Origin: Octopus bimaculoides
Lineage: Eukaryota
Assembly (NCBI RefSeq): GCF_001194135.2
Contig: NC_068999.1
Location: 24,745,505 to 24,801,143, forward strand
Length of the DNA: 55,639 nt
Direction: 5' to 3'
This document shows positions 26,901 to 36,500 of this stretch, piece after piece (position 1 is the stretch's first letter; every line of letters begins with the position of its first letter). Under the pieces are notes generated by a model. It made no database searches. It worked only from the letters and a program-made list of their open reading frames with translations, and was not told the DNA's origin. The translations under genes and the position numbers were made by a program.

Positions 26901-29900
26901 CTCCTTTGTTGGTTCAATAAATGGTACATATAAACGCAAGGCAGTTACAAGACTTTTACTATTTAGTTTATGAGTTAAATTTCTCCTTGAATGAATTGTT
27001 TGTCTATAGATATAAACAATGAATGAACACTTTTCTTTATCTTTTGCATTTATACTTGCATTTCTAGAAACATAAACTGCCAAAAACTAATTTTCCACTC
27101 ATCTTTTGCTTTGATAATATTATTCTAAAAGCAAACTGACAACCAATTAAATGAAAACACTCAGTGCAATGAGTGGTTGGAACAAAAGTATTTATTCAAG
27201 CATAAATATAATCCTAATCGTTAGAAAATAACAACATTAATTGCATGGATATAAGTTGTTCGCCTGGTTTGGTGTTGAATGAAGTCAAAAACATTTATCT
27301 ACTGGACCACATAAGAAATAAAATTAAAAAATGACTAAATAACAATGATGATCATAGATAGTTACTTCACTAATTACATTGTGTAACAAAATCAAAAATT
27401 TTTTGTGTCTTTGGTCAGTAAGTGTTATTTTCCTATTTGCTTCTATCTAGAAATCAAAGGAAGTGACTACTATTCCCTTAAAACTTTGCTTTTGTGATCT
27501 GGACATCAATGTTTTGAAACTCACCTATTTTCCATTACATTTCAGACCAGATCACAAGCAAGACTAGTGGGGGAGCATCAGAGCCAAGCTAGATTTATAG
27601 GGGTATGGAGAGGGCAATTGCTCCGGGTACCTAAATATTTGAGGGGGGGGGCTGCTACGATGTGTATGTAGAACTTAATACTGCCCCCCCCACACACACA
27701 CCTTCAAGCAATCAGGCATGAAGAGGCTCTGTTTCAATATACAAAATGTAATGGATTCTCTTTTATGATAACCACTTTAGAGACACCAAATAATTCAACT
27801 AAAAAACCCAGTCCCAAAGCACTTACAATTTCCCTTGGGAATTGTAACTGCTTTTGGGACAACAGAGAAAAGGGAAACAACAGAACACTCCTGAAAATGT
27901 ATATATGTATGTATGTATCTGTGAGTGTATGTGTGTAAGTATAAATGTATATTAAGATAAAGAGATTGATAGAAAAATGTTATTGTTTCTAGGCCAAATT
28001 CCTTCTTTCAATACATGACTGACCTTGACCTTGGCTTGACCAATAGCAGTTAAAGGCACACACACACACTTCTAAACTTATTTCAGTGAGGCTTTGAAAA
28101 CTAGTCTTATTTTATGAAGCAAGTAAGTAAAGAAATCTTTTGAATTTAGTTTTAATTATAAAATTACATCTCTCAACAGCTAAAAACATTCCTTTTCATC
28201 TTTAGAATTATTGTATATATATATTCAAATGTTTCATTAAATTGAACCTCTTTTCTTTCTTATTTTTTCATATATTTTTCGTCATTCTGTCAAACACTTG
28301 GAATCATTATATGGAAGTGGGGCAAAATGAATAATTTCTGATTTCTTGTTGTTTTCTCTCATTTTGCACCATTTCATCATCTTTGGGAGTAAAATTTGGC
28401 CAGCATAGTGTACATAGTTGTTGAAGTTGAGAGTTTAAAATGTAGGTGACAGGTTCTATTTTCAAGAAATTTTTCGTCAAATTTGACCCAGTTGTAATTG
28501 AGGTAGCTAATAAAATATCTGAATAATTTTTGGTGAAGAAGCTATAAAGAATATTTTATGTTGAGTTTCATTAATTTCATATGTGCTATTTTTCCATAAT
28601 CCTCTTTCATTTGAACAAGATATCTTAAATTTTGTTGCATTTCTGATGTCTAAGGATGGGTGTTTATGTGTATGATCTCTTCAAATTTAATTCTGGAGAA
28701 CCAGAAAGGTATATTTACTTTGTTTTGTCTTACCCATTTTACCCTGCCTAAATTTGTCTTTTATATGCTCAAAAAGAACAGTGATAATTTTCTGAAACCG
28801 TGTTCTGAATATGTTATAGGTTTTACTGTATTTAGAGAAGGTCTTTACTTCCTTGATATAGTTTTGGCAAGGTAGTGAACATTTGTAAAAAATATATTTT
28901 CTTCAAAGTCAAAAATGCAGTAAATATTACTTATAGTGCCCAGCTACTCTTACTGGAAACTGGAAATGTAGACTTTCGGAAAAAGCTGTTCAAATTTCCG
29001 TGTTTTTGTCGGGGTTTTCCCTGCTTTTTATTTTTTTCACACATAGCAAAATAATGAAGGGAAGCCGTTTTAAAAGAAGAATTTTTTAAATCCATGTCTT
29101 TTAAATGTTGGTATCTCTACTCCCACTTTCTCTCTCTCTCTCTTACTCACACACACACACACAGACACATGCACACACACACACACACACACACATCATG
29201 ACTTTGGAACAACAACCACAAAAATGATTTTTTTTCTTTTTTGTAATTTTCTGTCATTTTATCTTATTCTACATTCTGAAACATATGTAACTCACAATAA
29301 AAGAAAAAAAAAACCTTACCCCACTTTTCCCTTCTTCATTGTATTTTTCACAATGAAGAAAAAGTCAAACACTGCAAGTGGATGTGTAAAAAATGAAAAT
29401 TGAATTTTGAAAAACTGTCTCTATAAAGCAACATTTCCAGTCATTTATTTAAACTCTCTGCTAACTCACTAAATTCAATTATTTGAAACAGATGGGTTTT
29501 GAGATTTAAATTTGGTAATTTTCTAAGGTTTTAATTCTCATGTATAAAGGGCCCGCCAAACTTGAAGTGCCCTAGGCCCCCCATGGTTTAAATCCGGTAC
29601 TGATCATAGCTATGTGTTGAGAGGGATTCTTAGGGGTTTGAATTAAATGTAACAAAAGCAAAGTTTGAAGGAAATATTAGCCATTTTTCATACATTCTAA
29701 GAGTAAGCAAATAGGAAATAATGGTTGCTACCCAATAACAAAAATCATGTTACACATGGTTATTATTTAAACATAGTTGTAGTTACAATTTACTTTAAGA
29801 CATTTTTATTGAATATAATAACTTAAATCAATTACATACCAAATATGAAATAAGTCTTAATTATCATTGAACTCATATTGGACAATCTGGAGATCTTTTA

Positions 29901-30468
29901 TGACAAAATTAAAACAGTTGTTATTCAGAAACTGTAATGGAGGCAAGAGAAAAAATGTATGAACAAAATAAGAGATATTTACCATTCTTTGCTGTTGTGT
30001 TCACATAAGGGTTCTGTTGGACTTCGTGTAGCCCAGTGACAGGAACTTGGTAACACCCAACAATTAGATATGGTAACATCTTCATATGTAGAGTTGTGCA
30101 CTGATAACAGAAATGATGCTGATTAATAATAATAATAATAATGATGATGATGATGATAATAATAATAATCCTTTCTAGTGTAGGCACGAGGCCTGAAATT
30201 TTGTGGCAAGAGGTTTAGTCAGTTACATTAACCCAGTACTCAAGTGATACATATTTTATTGACCCCGAAAGGATGAAAAGCAAAGTCAACCTCAGCAGAA
30301 TTTGAAGTTAGAACACAGGTGTGGCTGTGTGGTAAGAAGCTTGCTTCCCAACCACATGGTTCCGGGTTCAATCCCACTGTGTGGCACCTTGGGAAAGTGT
30401 CTTCTACTGTAGCCTTGGGCTGACCAAAGCCTTATGAATGGATTTGGTAGACGGAAACTGAAAGAAGC

Positions 30469-30549
<81 letters not shown>

Positions 30550-33500
30550 GTATGTATGTAGATGGAAACTGAAGGAAGCCTGTCATAGATATGTGTGTGT
30601 GTGTCTTTGTTTGTCCCCAACTATCACTTGACGACCAGTGTGGGTGTGTTTATGTCCCCGTAACTTAGTGGTGCAGCAAAAGAGAATAAGTACCAGGCTT
30701 AAAAAGAGAATAAGGACTAGGGTCAATTAGTTTGACTAAAATTCCTCAAGGCAGTACTCCAGTATGGCCACAGTCTAATGACTGAAACATGTAAAAGATA
30801 AAAGTAAGTATGGATGGTTGCAATTTTACTTAGCTTGATACATGTCTTCTCAGGCACAGCAAACCACTACAAGTCTCAGTCACTTGCTATCTCCTCTGTG
30901 AGACCCAATGTCCTTTCTCACCACTCTGAACCATGCCTTCTTGGGTTAACCCCTTCCACATGTTCCCTCCACAATTACAGATTGGCACTTCTTGATGCAG
31001 CTGTCCTCATCCATACACATCACATGACCATATCAGTGCAGTCTTCTTTCTTGCACACTACAACTCATGCATCACATACACAATTTTTCTCTCAAATTAC
31101 TTACACTCCGTCATTACCCATATATTACGCACACTGATATTACCCATCCAGCAGAGCATGCTGGTTTCATTTCTTTTAAGCCTTCATATGTCCTCTGTAG
31201 TCAAAGCCCGTGTTTCACTGCCATGTAGCATAGCTGCTTGTGCACAGGTATCATACAATCTGCCTTTCACTCTTGGGGAGAGACCTTTTGTTACTAATAA
31301 AGATAGTAGTTCTCTGAACTTTGCCCAGCCCATTCTTATTCTAGTAACTACACTTTCAGAACTACCCCCTCCACTGCTAATGTGGTCATCTAAGTAATGG
31401 AAACTATCTAATACTTCTAAGGATCCCACTCAGACATTTGACAAAGTTAATTTTCTGTACATTCTTAGTGTTTATTGTATCAGTACATCTGCCACACACA
31501 AAGACTACTTTCTCTGTTAACCTTCTTATGATATCACTGCACCTCTTATGTGTCCATAGCTTGCACTGGGTACACCATATGAAGTTTCTACCAATACCTT
31601 TTCCACGTATTGCGTAGGGCCAACCCCCTGATGGGATCAGCGATCTGTCTGTTTTCCTACTCACTTTGGTCTTTGTTAAATTAACTCTAAAACCTTTCGA
31701 TTCCAGACCTTGCTTCCACATCTGAAATTTCTTTTCTAATTCTGCTAGTGATTCAGCAATAAGAACCATAGTGGTACTTCCAAACCTCCTTCTTTGCAGA
31801 ATCATCAAATGCAAGTGAGCCATCATCCAGGTAAACGCACTTCTCTCCTATAACATCATGGTTGTCTCTGATGCAAACCTTTTTGGTAACACTAATGATT
31901 CTTTCAACAAAAACATTCTAAAAATTATATTGCAAAAGATCATAGAACCATTTAATTGCTTTCCCATTCATATTACAAATTCAGGATCAGTCCATTCGCC
32001 ATCACTGCCATTCGCACTTGATCCAACACTAAATTCTATCTCCTCAAATTAAGTATCAAAAATGATTTCTGCTATTTTAACCTGTATAATTCTACCTTCT
32101 CAGATACTTCATGTCAGCACAAATTATCTTGGTCAGTCTAATCCTGTATGTAGACAGAATACCTCTAGGAATAGATTTTCCAATGTGTCCTTTCTTGTAA
32201 GGAAAGGACAAGTGATAGGAGGGAGATTTGGCTGTTGTTTCTGCTAAAGGCTAAATTAGGAGAAACAAGTTACAATACTTAATATGAGATGAAATATCAA
32301 ATTACGAACAATAAATGAGTGATTTGATTGCTGCTATTGGTAGACCTCTTATATATGTCAGTATCAGACGAGTGCTTAAATGTCTAATATCACTTTATGT
32401 TAAAATCCCTGTCAATTAATATAACATTTATGTTGTTTTCATGCTAATTTGGATAGGTTTATATTACAGAAATGCTTTTTATGTTTCAGTTCTGTAACAT
32501 TCAATGTTATTGAGTAAGATCTGATATTTCTAAATTTCTGGTAACTTGTCAGCTGACAGATATTCTGTATCATAGTTTTTGCACCCATTCGTTGTATTGA
32601 CATTAGCATATATGGCTCTTTTCTAGTCTTGTCTTCTATATAGAAAATAATGAAATACTAATTTATACAGTAATTAGTTTAAACATGTTTTATCTTCTTA
32701 AGGAGTTTTGAAAACATGTTTGATAATCTCAATGTATAACATTGATAACAAAATAAATCTGAGTTGTATAGAAATGGAAGTGGTGATGTTCATTTCTTTT
32801 CCAAATCATTAATGAGAGAAGTAGAGCATTATCAGAGAAGAATAACAGTTAAATGCACAGCTAATAATTGATGCTGTAAAAACAGATGAAATACTAGTGA
32901 CTTTGTTCTTTGTAATAAGAAACTGACCTTCCAACAGAATGAATTGCTTGCCTGCAGCCTGAGCCAGATGACACTTCAGTTTCGGAGGTTGGATTAGGTT
33001 CAGAAGACAACTTACTGTAAAGACAAAACAGAAGAAAAATTGAGAAAATAATTTCAAATTAAGATGAAGAGAATGAATTACAGCAAAAAGACTGAATTAA
33101 TTTATTAGTAGAATCAAACATTAATTTGTTTAATGGCGTATTAGTATATTCCAGTTTGTCAAAAGTGAGAGACGGATCAGCGTAAAATAGGTATGCATTA
33201 CGTAGTTTTATGACCAAATAAATAATACAGTTATAGTCCATTAGCAATTTCAAATGAGAATGTTAGATGATAATCCATATCAAAGTAGATGTAGTACTAG
33301 TAGTAGATAGCAAGACAGGGAAGAGTGTGTATTAATGGTAGTAGACAGGGAAAGAGAGCAATTCCATATAAGGTAGCACAACCAAATAACAAACAATGAC
33401 TGTTATTAGTATGAGATGATATCACAGGGTGAAGCAATCATGTACAGAAGCAGCAATGTATAGATGGACATAATCTCTGACGTAAGCAGATAGACAATAT

Positions 33501-36500
33501 TGACAGTATCAAAATGATACATTTAAGTTCTTCAATTCAAGATGTAGTTAGGATGTTACTTACAAGATTGCTTTGTAACAGTCTTTGGAGTAGGAGGAAG
33601 TCCTGTAGATGAATCAGGACTAAGGCAGAAATCCTTTTCAAGTGCCATCCATTCTGTTGGAGTTGGTGTCTTAGAGAGCCAGACGGCTACTGAGAGCAAC
33701 ACTTGCTTGCAACCACCTGGTACAGAGGTGAGACTTAGGTTCAGAGGAATTACATAGATGTTACCTTTAGAAAAGTAAGGTTTTTCTTTCTGAAAAAATC
33801 AAACAAAACAAAATAAAAAGGCTTAGTATCTATACAACATTTATTTTAGTTTGAAGAACTGCAGCTATTTAGTTGTATATGTACTTTCCAATCTTTTATT
33901 TTGTGTATTTATCTATTTTGTGTTTGTGAGGTTGTCTACATGCATCCTGTCATGATTTGACTGTTTATGATCTTTGTAATTTATGGCAAAATTAGGGGCC
34001 CAAAATAGATTGGCATAATCCATGATGTATTTAATGTATTGTCAGTTCATAAGTATTATGCCTTCTTTGAGTTGATCAAATGTAACTGAAAATGTTCTAA
34101 GTATGTGTCTGTATTGTTTTGATTTCTTTATTGTCCCCTATATGTGGTGTGTATGCTACAAAGTTGGTGGTGTGTAATTTTATTATTTTTTTTAGGTGTG
34201 ATATATTTAAAATGTTGTTTAGCCCATTTTGGTCCAGATCGAGCAGACCTATAAGCAAATGTGTTCCAGTAATGACCATCTTGTCTCTTTTCAGACACAT
34301 GCAATGAAGACATATCTCATTCATATAATGAGGCAATAGGGTGTAAATTTAGGAAGCTTTGGTTGCTATTTCAAATAGGTGAAGAAACTTTCTAGAGGCT
34401 CAAGTTATGGTGTGTAATGGTTGCTTGTATTTGATGTTCTTTGATGCTATGGTTAAAAAGGTAGATGGTAGATTCTGTAGGTACTACTTGTAGTCAATTT
34501 ATTTGAAACTGCATTTTTAGGTGGTAGGTTGTATATTGGTGAAATTGTGCAGCTGTGTATGAAGAATGATGTAACTGTAATAGCATTTACATATGGTGCT
34601 GTGCATATTAACTGCTAAGGTTGATGTGAGTGTAGGCTATTAGTTAAAAGGAGTGGATAAGAAGATAGAAAAATACAAAATAGCTGATAGTTAGCAAGGT
34701 GAGACACACATAAGAAAGAAGAAAGCAAAGGACCACTGATGAGGTCACAGAAGTGTGACGAAAGAACTCTGGCCGAAATAGGATTAATGTAATATAATGT
34801 AATATAAAGCTGAAGCAAATTAACACCAAATATACAGTGTGTGTGTTTTTATTGGCTAAACTGGCAATATGACCATTCCCAAGTACAACAACAAGATAGA
34901 TTTATTCTTTTTGTAAAATTTCATATTTTAAGTAAGCTGTATACTAATTAAGTTTGACAACATGAGAGGTAGTTTAGATACGTTCTTTTTAAAGAGATGT
35001 TTTGTGTATAAGTGAATGGAGTCAAAAGCTCTACAATATTCATAGATTTTGAATTTCCATGAGAAACACAATATTTCAAAAACTAAACAAATGGAAGACA
35101 AAGCCCTGATACACAGTGAGCCAGTGCAATCTAAAGAATGAGAAATTTATTTAATGCTTAGTGCAGAGAGAAGAGCAGTGCCTGTGATCCTTTGTAGGAT
35201 CTCCAAAGCTAGAAGGACAAAGGGAGAAAGATATTCTCAAACTGGAAATCTGGCCCAAATGATTGTAATAGAATAGACTTCACTAAAGTTACCCAAGTGA
35301 CCAAATGGTAGTGTTTAATTGATTGACAAATTAGGTATCCTGCCCAAATGGGCCATGGTATTATTTGAATTTAAAATGCAAAAGCCACAAGTTATATTGT
35401 CCGATGCTCTTATAATTCTCCAAGTGTGACTTGTCTAAGATTACAATCTATATTTCCATCTGTTACTTTCCTCTATTTTCAACTAACAAAATAGCTGTAA
35501 TTTTGTCATTTATCTAGGAGTATGCAATCTGGACAAAGAACACTACATGTCACAAAAGATACGTCTTGAAGAACATGATATCTTGATACAGAAATAAAAC
35601 CTCTGGCCACAACATTATGGTAAAAACTACAAAATGTCAAAGGATGTCTATTGGTTTGGTAACAGTTATTCTAAAATGCTGGGTGTCCGAAAGTCCTCTT
35701 ACACAAATGACTCAAGTGTGTTACGGACACACAAATTCCTCTGAAAGAAGTTGTTCTCCAATTATCTCTCTTATGTTGACTCTCCCTAGGGTGTCCAATA
35801 TCAATGGGGGGAAAAAATTAGAATGTCCATTGGTAACACCATACATACAAAATGAAAACACTGAATGTTATTTCTTACAGAACTCGGCTTCATATTTAGA
35901 GTGGAAATTAACCAGCTGATTGACCCACACAAATTCTTTTATTCTTTTACTTGTTTTAGTCATTTGACTGCAGCCATTCTGGAGTACCGCCTTTAGTTGA
36001 GCAAATCGACCCCAGGACTTATTCTATCGGTCTCTTTTTACCGAACAGCGAAGTTACTAGGGACGTAAACACACCAGCATCGGTTGCCAAGCGATGTTGG
36101 AGGGACAAGCACAGATACACAAACATATATACACACATAGATATATATATATATATACATATATACGACGGGCTTGTTTCAGTTTCCGTCTACCAAATCC
36201 ACTCACAAGGCTTTGGTCAGCCAGAGGCTATAGTAGAAGACACTTGCCCAAGGTGCCACGCAGTGGGACTGAACCCAGAACCATGTGGTTGGAAAGCAAG
36301 TTACTTACCACACAGCCACTCCTGCGCCTAAAATGTTAAAATGTAAATTACGGCTCGGCTTTAAAATGTAGGTTACAGGGGCATACCTACACAAGTGCCC
36401 CCCACATCTCCCGCATCGACTTTGTTTCCTCAATACTTCCAGAAAAACGGATATTTTTTAAGGAAATTTTCTACAAATATGTTTCAGGTAGTGTACATTC

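Noticed and set aside
26886-27010. AG-bounded open stretch (RQTIHSRRNL...) as a TRAPPC14 exon
   Set aside because: Joining the upstream TG to A creates TGA; no donor or family similarity
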